The translations under genes and the position numbers were made by a program. 64,000 nucleotides of DNA from Balanoglossus misakiensis (lineage: Eukaryota > Animalia > Hemichordata). Within the stretch, counting starts at the first letter, position 1. Each line of letters begins with the position of its first letter. The notes beneath the pieces were generated by a model, which saw only the letters and a list, made by a program, of their open reading frames with translations, made no database searches and had not been told where the DNA came from. The stretch is taken from the NCBI GenBank assembly GCA_040954595.2, contig CM082580.2, positions 8,348,390 through 8,412,389 on the forward strand, given 5' to 3'. Positions 26,297 to 40,300 of this stretch are shown piece after piece.

Positions 26297-28018
26297 TTTA
26301 AAGCACTACAGCATCCAAAAAGGTTTTTACTGTCTGGTTCATAATCGGTAAAACCAATTTGTGTATTTTTATCTAGTCAAGCGATCAGCATTCACGCAAT
26401 CCTGGTCATTGTAGTCTGAATCACCTTCACAATTAATTGTACTGTAACGGCAGAATATTATAGTTGTTTACTGCCAGAAATATAAAAGGAGGAAAACGAA
26501 TCTCACTAGCAGGGAAGTTTTTGAGGATATGTACGTGATGTTATGTCTATAGTGCCACACAGGAATGTGCTGTTGTAGTGTGTGTGAACAGCTGAATGTT
26601 GAGGGCGCTGTAACAAGTGACAGAGTCCAGACATCAGTTACACTGGTTCTTTTCGCAAGTTTTTTTTATTGAACTTCTCTCCAGAAGTTACAGGTCAGTA
26701 CATAAAGTCTCTAAAATGGTATATAATTACACAATATTTCAAATCCCACAGACAGTGGAGAATAAATACTAACAATCCACCTACTCAAGCGCATCAAAAA
26801 CGATGCGCTATTAATACCGTCGGGCAATAAGTTAAGATTTTTCTCAAGAGTCTAATCATTTCAGTATTGTGATGAAATTTTAACAGTACCCCTTACTGGA
26901 AGCAAGGGTGGTGTTTTCTAAGTATGCCCATTAAATTGAAAAAGAATTTGTTAAACACAGGTTGGGGTAATTCATGCAAATAACCAGGTTAGATCTGTGG
27001 GAGCTCGCCCAAAATTACAGCTACTGACAACTTCAAAATAGAAAAGCATTGAAGAGGGGTGTTTTTAGAAAAGCAATCTTTGGTGTCCAACAGAAAAAAA
27101 TCAATGCCTTTTGACACTTCTTCATTCAATTCATACACTCAAAACAGTCTACAGCTTTCATTTCATTTCATGATCAGCTTTAAAAATCTTTCTGTTGCAA
27201 TTCAGATTTTACAGTATGATTTGCAACATGCAAATATGATAGAGTCATCCTGTTTAAAGTGCAATATATGTCGCATACAGCGACAAAAAATCAACCTACA
27301 TTTGCTTAAAACTTCTCGCAAAGTGTTACAACTTGGAATCATTAAGTTTTATTTCACGGCCTTCTGTTAGACAAACACACTGCAAAGGCATAGTATTTTT
27401 CATTGCATGAAATACACAAAATGTTTCAGCACAAGTTTTGGATGGATATGTATACAGTCACTTAGTCATGGCTTTCAAGGGAAAGTTCCACACAACTTTT
27501 AAGAACTCGGTCACTACACATACTTTTCAGATGTTTTCTACATTTCTGGAAGGGGAGTTATCGGAAAAAGACAAAACAACAAGAAAAGCAAAAAAATCTA
27601 CATTATTATAAATAATTCAAAGGCTAGAGCCTAAGGAGGTAGAAGTTCCAAATTGCATTGGCATTCTGAATAACTTCTGATGCACTGGCTGTTACCGACA
27701 AACAAGTTGCTCTTGGAGCCTTCATTCGAACACTCCAACCTGAAAATTGCATTTTTGCTCACGCAAAATTTGTTGGCACTGGACTTAGTCATTTGCTCTC
27801 TCAGTAAAAAATAAGTGAATTCTAAAAAGACTTCCGCACACTCAATGTCCGATAATCCAGCCAGCATGTTGCATTCTCCTTGTCAATGTGACAAAAAATG
27901 TGGGCACGGCGCAATTCTCAATGTGGAATCTTTTCTCAGCAAAGTTGAGATTTCATTCTGTGCCTGCCCGTCTCTCATCTTCCCGATCTTCCCAGTGTTG
28001 TAAATGAAAGACCAGTCT

Positions 28019-31000
28019 TTATTTGCTGCTGTTCTCTTTAATGATTCGCTCGCGCAGCCGGTCCTTGTACGCCATGATGTCGCCCTGCCATTTGGTTATC
28101 TTCTTCTTCTCGCACACCCAGATCTCTTCAGCCACCTGTCCTATAAGACGGAAGTCGTGACTGACAAGAACCAAGCCGCCGTCGAAGTTGTTGATGGCAT
28201 CAGCTAAGGAGTCGATGGTCTCGATGTCCAAATGATTGGTCGGTTCGTCAAGCAGCAACATGTGTGGCGTCTGCCAGGATATCCAGGCGAATATAACTCT
28301 GCAGCGCTGACCGTCGGATAAATTGCGCATTGGACAAACCTGCAAATGAGGAGCAGATACTGTATCAACTAAACTGTCTCAGTGGCTGGGTGCCTTTTAC
28401 GAAGAATAGAGTTTCACAGAAACTGTATTGTAGTGTTGCCAAAAATTCTTTTTCCTGGTAAACTTGGCCTCAAAGACACAGAGCCAGCTTGACAAAGATT
28501 CCATTTACATAGTGTATTGGAGTAAGTTGTCCAACGGGTAGTAAACTGTCTCAGAACCATGTTTTCCCATAAATGAAACTTACCTGTTGTTTTCCAGACA
28601 ATCCGTATCTGCCGATGATTTTCCTCATGTCTTCCTTTTCCTTGATTTCCGGGAAGCACTTCATCATGTACTCCAAGGCACTGAGACTCAGATCCAGGGC
28701 TTCAGTTAAATGCTGGGGGAAAACAAATACATTAGGAGATCAGATAAGTCCAACTGACACTATCGCTACGGTCATCACACCAGTAATAAAACTCCAATCT
28801 AAAGCTCAGGAATATTATACTTATGTCATGTAGAAAATATTTTTGAAGATATTCACTGTGAGAATTGCAACTTGTACTAACCTGGTGAAATCTTCCTATC
28901 CTGAGATGGGGATGCTTCCGTATGAGTCCGTCAGTCGGATGCAGTTCTCCCAGCAGAAGCTTGATCAGCGTCGACTTTCCGGCACCGTTAGGACCGACCA
29001 GGGCCACCCTAGAGTCCAGATCGAGTCCAAACTCTATGTTTTTGTAAATTAGAGGCTGTAGGGAAAAATAGTACAGAATACCAATGGTGTGTTTGTATGA
29101 CGGGATGGATTGAAAAATAGCTTGCAAAAAAAATCACCATCCCCTGTCTTAACAATCAATCTATAGTGGTGCTGTGCATATAACTATTTATTTTCAAATT
29201 CTAAGCCAGTAATTTCCTGTTGATTGCCACTGTAGCTGTAGAGAATTTACTGGCATTAAGACTGCCTTATATAATGGGTGACCACGAGGTTACTGTAATT
29301 TCTACAAGAAAAGTAGAAGTACCTTGTCATCGGCATATTTAAAGCTGACATTCTGTACCATCAACACAGGGGGTGGGAGAGTGCCGCATTCTGGGAAATA
29401 AAACGACAGTGTCTGGAAAAAAAAAACGGATGTTTGGTAAAATGTATTGAATAATCAATCAATCAAGATATCTCTCGTGTTGTCAGCAAGCCCCCTGTGG
29501 GTACTTGTAATAAGGATTATTGAACCCCACATTTCTCTCATTGTAATCTTGTGTGATTATGAAACTGTCCTGTATTTCACACACCTTATCCGCCACAACT
29601 TTATCCGTGAGTCCGCCAGCAACCATTTTCCCCAGCGTCTTCTCTTTACTCTGGGCTTGCCTGGCAAGCTTGGCACTACCATGCCCAAACCTTGCAATGT
29701 AGTCCTGTAAGTAAAACAGATTTATATATGTGTTAAACTGTAGATATTAGATGCAACATTGTGTCGCCTAGTGACATCACAAATTTTGTGGCATCCCTGA
29801 AGAACTTTGGGACCTGCCACTATTTCTGGATCATCCTTTTTAAGAGAGTGAGAACAAGCAGCCATTGAGCCATAATCACATGAAACTGCATCGGTCAGTC
29901 TGTGCTTGAAGTCAGAACAAGAAATCGCTCTCAGGTGTTTTTTATCACTACCTCCAGGGACCGTAGTCCCGGTGACTATAATTCGGCCTTTTGATGTCAT
30001 CATTCTACAAGCACAGCATATTGTGTCCCCCTCCCTCATGTGTGTAATCAGGTGTCTAGGCAGTGTTGTCGGAAGTGCAGGTTTGGGTCCAGTCGTTGGA
30101 CTGGCGAAAATGCCTACCTTCATGTGTGCAATCTGTGCCTGCTCCCAGTTGTATCTTTTCATCTGATTCTCTTCCAGTTCATACCGGGTCCTCACGTAAG
30201 CGTCGTAGTTACCCTGGAAAGCCAGACACAAAGAGAGTCATCACATTGACACTAGGTTGTGGGATGGATATGGCAGGTTGAGTTAACTGCAGTTTTGCTA
30301 TTCAATGTACCATGATCACTGCACAGAAATCAGGAATACTGGCATTGTCTGTGTGCTTGAAGTCAGAGAAAATGAAAATCGCTTCAAGGTGTCTTTAGCA
30401 TTATCACCAGGACTGACGTCCGGTGACTGTAATTCGGCCTTTCGATGTCATCATTCTTCAAGCCACACAGTGATGCCCTCTTTTGTAATTTTTTATTGTA
30501 GGGGTTGCTTTTGATGTTGGAAAGCAAAATAGCCAAAATTTGAAAGTTGGTTGAGTGAATAATAGATGAATGAGGCAGTGTCTACTTACACCGTAGTAGT
30601 TCAGTGCTGCATTGTGTAAATGAATAATATTCGTACAGACTCCGTTGAGAAAATCTTGCGAGTGTGATATCAGCACCAATATACGTTTATACCTGGATGT
30701 GACAAAAAGAAAAACAGAATTGGAATGGAGTTCTTCAGTGTTACGGGGTTGAACGGGTGATTCTCGTATCTGACAACAAGGGCAATGTGGGGCCCCTTCA
30801 CAGAGTAACGGAAAGCAAAATGTCATGCATCGCAACTCACTGTTTCAGTTCCTCCTCTAACCACACGCAAGCTTCTAGATCCAAGTGATTTGTCGGTTCG
30901 TCCAGGATCAGTAAGTGCGGCCGGATGAACAGCGCCCTGGCCAGGGCTATCCTCATTCGCCACCCACCGGAGAAGTTCTTGCACGCTCTGTTCTGCATCT

Positions 31001-32048
31001 CGTGGTCGAAGCCCAGACCGTGGAGAATGCGAGCGGCCGAACTTTCCGCCTTGTCGGCATCCAGCTCCTCCAGGCGTTCGAAGACCTCCATTAGTCTCTC
31101 GGCCTCGGCTGTGATTGGAGAGAATGGACAGTACTTAGAGCAAGGTAAAATCAGCAAACCCAGTACATGTACTTCTTTAACCTCACTTCGTGAATTTACA
31201 CACCGGAAAAGCACAGGAAGCCACAGATCCGAATACTTACATTCCAGATGTCCGATTTCCTCAGATTCCTTCTCCAGTCGATTCCTCTCCTCGTCGACGT
31301 CCATGACACACTCCAAGGCAGTCTTGTCACTTGCCGCCATCTCCCGACTCAGGTGGAAAATGTCGATGTGATCCGGGATCGGCACTTCACGGTTACCCAT
31401 CACGTGAAGGAATGTGGATTTTCCTGTTGAATAGACAGACATGTAGTGAACATGTAGTGAACATCTACACGAGCCACGTATTCAATGCTCTGGCAGTACA
31501 CTAACAACAGTACATGTACATGTATAAAGCAAAAAATCACGTTCAAACACCTACCAGATCCGTTGAGTCCCACAAGACCGTATCTCCTGCCGCAGTTCAG
31601 TTCGATCTTGGTGTCGGCCAGCAGCTCCACACCGTGGAATGTGACGGAGAAGTTGTAAATCTTGATGTCTCTGCTGCTGGGATGCGAGGCGAGCACCCCC
31701 GTGCAAGACCGACCGCTGCTCAGTTTGAGATCGTCCAAGGCACTTGCCGCTCCGTCCACTGCACCATTGCTAGCACCTGGAAGAGTGGGGGAAAAACACA
31801 TTTTCAAGAACAATGAATGCACAAAAATCCTTCACTCTTAATTTATCTATCTGTGTGCCAAAACCTCAGCAAGAAATTAAGACAAGTGGTCACATGGGTT
31901 TCTTACCATTATTAACCCCATTTGAAGCGCTTGCACCATTCTGTTGCTCTTCTTGGACTTCTGTCTTGGCAGCAGCCCCTTTCCTCTGTCTCTGCTTGGC
32001 AGCTTCCTTCTTCTTAGCTTGACGCTTCTTGGCTGCTTCGGAAGGCAT
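28019..32048 (-). CDS. ABCF2: ATP-binding cassette subfamily F member 2, ~615 aa
   Basis: 11 coding exons (32048-31907, 31776-31555, 31423-31241, 31108-30841, 30692-30590, 30213-30118, 29704-29585, 29412-29323, 29055-28882, 28712-28584, 28339-28019) total 1848 nt in frame. N-terminus [18 protein letters not shown]; two NBDs ([26 protein letters not shown]; [17 protein letters not shown]); no TM domain. Confidence 0.96.
29901..30015 (-). ncRNA. Intronic box C/D snoRNA, U2-antisense (SNORD89-like), copy A
   Basis: On the ABCF2 sense strand: box C ATGATGA (30003-29997), box D CTGA (29915-29912), terminal stem tgtgcttg/caagcaca, C'-like GTGATAA. CAAAAGGCCGA is complementary to U2 nt 9-19 and AGCGAT to U2 nt 1-6. 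SNORD89 resemblance is from memory, not a search. Confidence 0.8.
30355..30463 (-). ncRNA. Intronic box C/D snoRNA, U2-antisense (SNORD89-like), copy B
   Basis: Box C ATGATGA (30454-30448), box D CTGA (30366-30363), stem gcttgaag/cttcaagc extendable to ~30341/30477. CGAAAGGCCGA pairs with U2 9-19 (one G-U) and GAAGCGAT with U2 1-8. Paralogous to copy A in the adjacent intron. Confidence 0.8.
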
Positions 32049-34339
32049 TATTTCTTGGTTTCTGTTTTATTTGACTTTGAGAAGTACAGTTACCAAGACA
32101 AGCCGGTGTTGGGTTGTGTGATCTAGTTTTGTGTTCTGTATGTTGGGGGGGGGGGGATAAAACAAAACAAAACATTTTTCTGATTGCGAAATTATTACTT
32201 CATAGCATAGAGTCTATGGATTCCTATACCACAGGCTACAGTAAGTTACTAACTTAGCCCATGGAGGTGGCTGAGTGAGAATTTTAGCTACAGCAAGGTA
32301 AACGCTATGAAATTGACATATGCCATGTTTCTTTTAATACAGGTCTTCCTACCTGTCTTGTGGATAACACAGCTACCCTCTAACACACAAATACATAGAC
32401 AATATGGAAATATCTCCACCGCTCACGATCAAATTCCGACAATGGGAGTTCTGAATCATAGTTCTGAATGGCGGGCAACAATCAATGAACCACACGTCGA
32501 GCGCGTCATACGTAACCATTTCACATCAGTTCGGTATGGTATCTCGGTCGGCCCCATTCAACAATAATGCCGTGATCGGATCTTTTTCCAATGTGAACTT
32601 AATATTCGTAGGGATTTCGGGCCAAAACGTTGACATTCAACAGAGATCGTTTTACAGCCGGCTAGCGGACGTCATCACGAAAGCCAAGACGCAGACTCGC
32701 CAATGGCCATGGCAAATCAAAATGGGAAAATCGCGGGGTTAACGCCACTGGTATCACAAAAAAATCGCCATATGGAAAGTTTTTCACGGTATTTTAAAAT
32801 ACATACCTTTCAAACCAACAGTTTTTCTCTAGATTGGTTAATACGCGACAACAGCCAGACGACAACGCTTTTGTACATGTGCCTTTACTTGTTCAGTTGC
32901 TAGCTGCTGTGGCAATGACGAAATGCCGGTTCCTGTTTACTATATAAGGACATTCTCGGTGATTCTCGGAATAGTTCGGAATCAACCCGATCCCTACTTG
33001 CATATGCAAATAAGTTGTGTCGTGACGTCCCACATCATGCATTTCAGCATTTCAAAACAAACTTATGGATGGCTTCATCCAGCTTTAGACAAGCAATTCT
33101 CGAGCCAATACATTTTTTCCAGATATAAGCTCATATGATCAAAATTATAAGATCAGACATTCACATACATGCCTATATACATATATTCATACATACACAC
33201 ACTCACATATACAGACAGACAGACATGTAAATAAAAACATAGCATGGACAGCATGTATGATCACTGTACAAAAATGCTTTTTATTCAGTCTAATTTCTTC
33301 TAAAGCGTATAATACATAGGTTGGTTGGAACTTCCATCAAACACGTAGGTTATTGCATAACATTATTTGGCAGATGGCCAACAGAGATAGATATACAGCT
33401 TGTTTCAGAAACTGAAGCATCCATAATTTGGTTTGTGACATGTGTGTATGTCTGTCTGTGTAGGGGTTCAGATCATGTATTTTGTGTGTGCATAGACACA
33501 TTTGTGTGTGTGCGTGTGCACAAAGGTTTATTGAAGACAAAGTTGTTAATTGGCAAAGCTGATGGTATTTTTCTGTCCCGTTCACTTGAATTGTCTGACT
33601 GACAAATTTTCTGTCAAAAGAAGCATGTTCAAAACCAGTTGTCATCCAAAAAAATAAAACATTCACAGAAATTCTTCAACTGGAAAACGTTACAACAAAC
33701 TTTCTTTTCAACAACTCTCTCTGGGGGAAAATTAAAACAATGCTCTGCTTTCAAACAATTTCACTTTTGTTTTCAATTTCTGACATGAAAAATTGTAAGA
33801 AGGATTTCGTATGTCCATGTAGAAAATATTAAAATTGGCAATGCCCCTTGAATTTGCTGATGCATATTTCACTCAAAAGATTCAGATATTCACATGTGAT
33901 CCACAGCAAATTCTCAACTTCAAGAACAATTTTATGCTGACAGAAGAATCGAGAAAATGATGCTTTTGAGAAGTTCTGATTCCAACAAATACCAACAATA
34001 TTACACTTCCTTGTATATAAACAGTTTATATATATATAAAAAGAAAACTTATCATTTACATTATTATGGAACACTGATCAATTTTACAACAAAAAAATAT
34101 CAAACCGAGGTGAGGTGAAGTGCAGAAAGAACAAGAAAGAGAGTTTTTGTTTGAGATAAAAACTTTGGAAAATTTAGGAAGGGGAGAAGTTGCTCTCCTC
34201 GTTACATATACACATACTTGGAAATCCCTATTTTTCAAAAAAATATACACATCTCTTGCCGAGAAACATTTTTTTCTGTACATTTCACTTGTAAAGCGAA
34301 AAAGAAGTGATTTCACACAGTTTTCGATCAAAACAAAAC

Positions 34340-37300
34340 TCATTTCAAGACAAGCGATGGATCTGTTGTCAGATTCTCCATGTGCGTGATCTTGCTCTGC
34401 ACCCTTTCACCGAGACGGTTGTATCGCTTTTTCAAGAACATCTCAAGCTCTCGTTCCCTCTTCTCCCTGAAGACAACAAAAACGTGACATTTATTTGAGG
34501 GTTTTTAAATATTTTCCCCTCAGTCAATTCTGGTTCATCACAAAAAAAAAGAATTTAAACCAAAATGCCATTCTCTGAAATACACATTATCACAATAAAT
34601 AGTGTAGTTGTCCTTCCTTCTCCTTGTGTCATTTCAGACAACAATATGAACGTTTGTGTCTTGTACATACCTGGGCACAGGTCCAACACTTGATACAGGA
34701 TTGTTATGCACAGGAAGTTTGGGACCATGAGGAAACTCCTCACTGGAAAAAAGAAAAAATTAAATACATAAATACAATAATAAACATTCCATTTACCGAA
34801 AGAATTTTACTTGTTCCTCTTTTTCACAGTGAAAATTTTAACTTCCCGGGCAATGCTGTTCATATAGAGTCCAGCTACACAGCTTGATCTCAAAGATACC
34901 ATAGAAAACAATGGGTTAGAATCAAACCATTATGGCGAAAGGGTTAAACAACCTGCAAATGGCTTCATGAAAGTGGTGTGATCTACACTGTCAAAGCATG
35001 CGACTGAAGTTTGCTTATATTGGAGTTTACCTCGCTTGACCTTCTGGGACCGGTGTTGGACTCAGAGGCTGTTCCACCAATGGGAACTGCGCATTGACCA
35101 TCTGTGGCGTCAGCATAATGTCTTCAGCGACCGACTTGTCGGTGTCCTCCGTCTTACTCACGTCATCGCCATCGCCTTCATCATCCCTGTACATGTATTT
35201 GAAATCAATGTCAGCTGTTATGATGCGTTATGTCACAATGTGCCAAAAAGGCATGAGGTACATCATTCCTAATGCCCCAGACACTGTCTTTTTACGGAGA
35301 CCATCAAACATCTCATGCCATGTAATTGTAAGGTTCATTAATACCGCCACAGTTCACTAACAACATCCCTATCTCTCCAAAGTGTGGGTTAGATTTCGTG
35401 CTGGAACTTACGAATTATCACTGTAGGTCATTTCCACCCTGTCATCTGGCGGCAAGCCATCCAGGAGAGCCGGCACATCACTGGGCAGGATGTCTTCACT
35501 GAACGGATCAGTCCTGCAACAAACAACACTCTGGTAGTTAGGAACAAGGTGACATTGCCAGGCACTCCCAGAACTGGGACAACAAATTGTGAGAGTCCTC
35601 CTTATTTTATACCAAAGAACTGAGTACGCCAACATAATCTTCTGCTGGGAAATGGTAGTAGCATACACATATTATTTCAGGGATACACTTACCATCTTGG
35701 CACCCAAACGTTGGTAAGTGTTGGGGTGTTGGACAGTGACACTAAACCTTGTGATGGGAATTTCTTCCATTGCATTACTCCTCTAATAACATCCTACAAA
35801 GTGAACAAAGGCAAAATAACATGTAAATTGAGGAAAAGTCTTGATATAATTTACATCCCAAAAATTTCACCACAGTAAGATCTTCATGTTTAGTTGTATA
35901 ATCCATTCAAAGAGGGAGTTGGCCTGTCAGAACTGTATCCATAAGTTCATTGGAAGGAAGGTTTCATGAATCCATGCAAACACTCACCTCTCTGTCGAGG
36001 AACTTCTTCAGGGTAGCTGCATGTTTGTTGGTTGAGTCTTTGTGAGTGTAACGCGGTAGTGGGCAGAGGTGGAAATCCGGATCTACTTCAGCGTACGGCA
36101 ACGGTGGTAAAAACACTTGCAAGCCGGGTGCTGGATTCTGTAAGGGGGGGGGGGGGATAAACAGAGATCAGGAGTGTTCACAGATATTGCTTGTTTTGCA
36201 CACAAAATGCCAATTCAATTTTCCTTCATTGAACCGACACATGGAAAACAATTTTTTTAGTAGACACATTCACAACTGGCATGCACTACTGGTTCAAATT
36301 TTTTTCTATATATTTCTTTCTACTCACAAAAATGTGCAATGATGGATATTCAATGGGTTTGAAGAGTGCCGCTGGTGGTGCCAATGCCATGGCTTCTTCT
36401 CCTTCCTGTGCTCGCTCATAGACTTCTTCACCCAGGCTACCGGCTTCATCTCCCTGAGTCCATGCTGAGCCTGGAGGAGCCGGCGGTGCTGATAGAGTGA
36501 TGATTTCGTCCTGTTGGAAAGGTGACAAGACGTAGAAGCTGATAAATTTGACTGACTTTTACCTATACATAGGTAGCAAATTTCATAAACTTGGCATCAA
36601 CTTTGAAGTTTTTGCATCGTTTTGGGAAAAAAAGTGTAAGAAAAGTGTACAAACCAAAATGTTTGTGAAAATTATCCAAACAAAGCCTTTTTTTTTACCC
36701 ACCTCTGCCCCAGCTCTCAGTGGTCTCACCAACTTGGGCGCCACATAGCCACTCGACGAATCATGGATGTTGTGTGCTTTGTATCCCATCGACCTGTATT
36801 GCTGCGGAACCTGCGAGAAACAGACACAGGTCATTCATATCGGTGTCATATAAAACCAACGGCATATTACCATGTCATTAGTCTCGGAAATTGACAATAA
36901 ACACTAACAATGTTAGTTTCAAAACAGTCTGGTGTGTTAACCTCTGCTCACACACATGTCATTTACAGTCCCCAGTCAATGCAGATATAAGGTTTTGCAA
37001 GTCAGTTTTTATGGCTGCATAAAAAGACTGGACTGTGTAAATGCACTATAATATTCCTGAAATATGTCATGGTAGACATGATTATACATGATAGTTTCCC
37101 CTTTGTATTGGTGAAGGACATGACCCTCTTTTCCTAAATAGCTCAAATTCTTTTTAATTTATGCTGCGACTATTTCTGGAGGAAGTAGCTGACAGCAGCT
37201 GTTCCATGATTTATGGAGATAACGTGAAAAAAAAATTATGCGTGAAACTGTGGTAGAATGCAATGGGTTGTTGCGGTAGATTTCAATAATTTTCTTTGTG

Positions 37301-40300
37301 CATACGTTACCTTGAGATTTGTGTACGGAACTTTCCTCTTCACAAAGATTTCTGTCGGCTTGTAGGGTACCATGCCCAAAGCATCAGGTGCCTGGAAGGT
37401 CAAACAAACACATAATCCCATGAAACTCTTGGGTAATTTTATGAGATAACGATTACAGGAATACATTTTTGGGTCAATATATCACTGTCTTTTCCATTTT
37501 CCAGTACAGTCGCTGGATGAAAGACAACTTTCAGACGGATAAAACCTTACCATGTCATCTTTGACATCTGGTGGTGTGTAAGCAGGGAAGGCGTGTGGCA
37601 AGACTCTCTCCGATGTTATTTCAATGGCCACATCCTTCACGTTGGCGTCTTTGTTATCGCCGTAAGTAGCTGTGGTTAAAGAGAGAGTGAGTGAATAAGC
37701 CATACCAAGTGACTGGCGGGGTGAGATGAACGATTTTTTCTGTGATAAGATGAAAATGAAAACTCTGAATGACTTTTCGTGAACAGAGAAGACGCATCTT
37801 AATCAACTCACCTGACGGTTCCCTGCCTGCACGCCCGGCCCTGTAGTCTTCCACCAGCTTCTTGATCAGCCGCAACCTCTGATTGACCCTCAACCGCACG
37901 ATCACCTTCCAGGCCGCCTGCTGAAACCTGCTGGTGGCCCGATGCCTCAGCGCCCAGGGGTCGTTGGTGTAGGTGTCGAACTTGGCCTGGGTGCTGGGCG
38001 TGTAGTCCGCCCGACGGTGCGTCCGCCTCTGCGTGCAGGCCGTGCAGGCTCTGTTGAACTCGATGTCCGGGAGAGGGTCGCCTCGCTGAAACTGTATGTT
38101 GCCAAAACAGATTCAGAAACATGATCAGCACACAGAGAATATAATTCTGGCATTTGACATGGCGAGTTGTACGGTGACAAAAATACAAAATTCTCTCCAA
38201 GGATCTTTCTCACTCACATGATATTCTCTCTCTGCTTCTCGCCTCGCTTCAATGATTTCCACTCTTTGACTAGCTGTGATCTGTTCACGTCCCAAATGAA
38301 CTTGCCTGTTGAGAAAAAAAAATATACACACGAAAATACATATGGTAAGTAATGGATATAAATTTTGACATTTCAGAGCTAGTACAACCTTCAGTTATCA
38401 TGTCAGGGGTAGTAAACACTGCAATTTTCTTCACAACACTATGCTCATTTGTGGGATTTTGGAACCCGTATCAGTCACTCACCATCTGAGTTGGTTTCTC
38501 CTCTCCGATAACACATCCTGTTTCACTTCATGCTCAAACAGCGCCTCTTTCATCTGTCGCGTGCTTGGACCGGACTCCTTTTTGGCTAGCACAGCTGTTG
38601 TGGCAAAGAAACAGAGATAGAGGAAGAGGATGTAATTGATATCCGAGTGATTGGCCGTACCCAACAATTTGACAGATAAAGGGTTATAAAAGAGATGTTT
38701 TAGTATTGCATCCATGTAGGGGGGTCAGCAAGGGTCACATAACGCACACCTCTGAACCAGATATTATTTTGTGTTACTTGTAGTACTAGTACCACCACTG
38801 TTCAAGTGACAATCACATGACACCAGGGTTCAAATACCACTGCTAAACCTCCTTCTAGTTACCCTTAAAAATCTTTGGACCAAGACATACCATATTTGTG
38901 GCTTTCAAAGGTGAGTAAGCAGTTAGGATTTTAATACTTTCAGGCATGCAGCAGCAAATCAAACCATGCAGGAAAAAGGCAGAAAGCACCGTCAGAGAAA
39001 AAGGGTGTCATTTTAAATATCCAGCTCTCTGTTCCTTTTTTTTTTGATAAGCAACTTGTAAGATTCGGCATGCAAAAGAAATAGATGTCACACCACACTT
39101 GTGATTTCAAGCTCTGTCGACCACACAACTACTGCCCAGCATAAGGAATTTGATTTGCTTTGTGATGAGAGAATTTCAGCAGAGAAACATGATTGATTGC
39201 AGATTGTGGGTTTGCAGAGCCAAAAAGTGCAAGCAGAGATACAGCAAATCAATAATTCTGCCACCAAAAACAATGCAAGCACACAATGCAGCTACAATAC
39301 CTTGCACAACTGTGAAGCAAAACATTTGAAGAAAGCAATAAAAAAAAATAGAGAGAGAAAATAAAACAGGCAATGTAAGCGAAAACAAGCTCTTGCAAAA
39401 GCAGCTAGAACAAAATGCATCATACATGTTTAAGAGGCATGTCAGTTGCAGGCTCATTGATAGTATGCATGCAGCAAATAATTGTGCGAAATTGATAATG
39501 CATAGATCTATCATCACATCTTAAGTGTTCTCCAGCACTTTCCCGTTCTAAAGATAAAGCGATTTATAAATTCAGTATGCACAACTCCATGTATAAATTA
39601 ATATGCAACTACATTCATCGATGCTATCGTCAATTCTGGAATAATCACAGCGCACAAAATGTTAATGCACTCCTTGTAAAGCTACTGATAAGCAAACTTT
39701 TCATCATTCCATTTTTTCCACATTCATCTCTGACTTCAACTTAAGTCAGAGAACACGCGACTCACCATCTCTCAGGTCCTTGGCTCTCATTTTCCCTTGC
39801 TCCTGATTAAGTACATAACTGACTGCGTGTGTGCTGTTGAGGTTTGTGGGGAACCTGAAGCCGGCATAGTCGATTTCCTGCGGTGGCACCTTGGGTTTGC
39901 TCTTGCTTCGCCTCTTCTTCCTGGCCATGTTGACCGGCGAGATGGAGTGAGGATCCAGCATGGGGCCGTCATCGGTGCCCTCGTCGAAGGTGTCCTCTCT
40001 CATCCGCTCTTCAGCGTCCGCTCTGAGGGGGAAGGAGACTGTATTAGATTGGCGTATTATCCGTCACTACGGTACTCAGAGATATAAAACCAGATCAGGG
40101 TGCAGATACAAGAAAGAGTTAGTAGCCATCTATGATCCACTTTGCCTTTTTTTGCCTTTGTGTCTACATTTAAAGTCTTTTCCACACTTACCTTGCGAGG
40201 CCTGGGTGCGACACCCCTGTGATTGAGCAGACCAGCGGCTTTGAATTGAACTGGGATATGTTCAGCTGTAATTTCATGTGAGCTGTGCTGAAGTCGGTCG

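Larger units (their letters stand above)
20182..27310 (+). repeat. Tandem segmental duplication, copy 2
   Basis: Homology to copy 1 continues to 'tcaacctacatttgcttaaa' (~27310), matching 'tcaaactacatttgctttaaa' at ~20160-20180, then unique sequence resumes. Confidence 0.95.

Noticed and set aside
28370-28553. 13-bp direct repeat taaactgtctcag in the last ABCF2 intron
   Set aside because: Could be a TSD, but the enclosed ~160 bp has no poly(A) tail, TIRs or snoRNA boxes that I can support.
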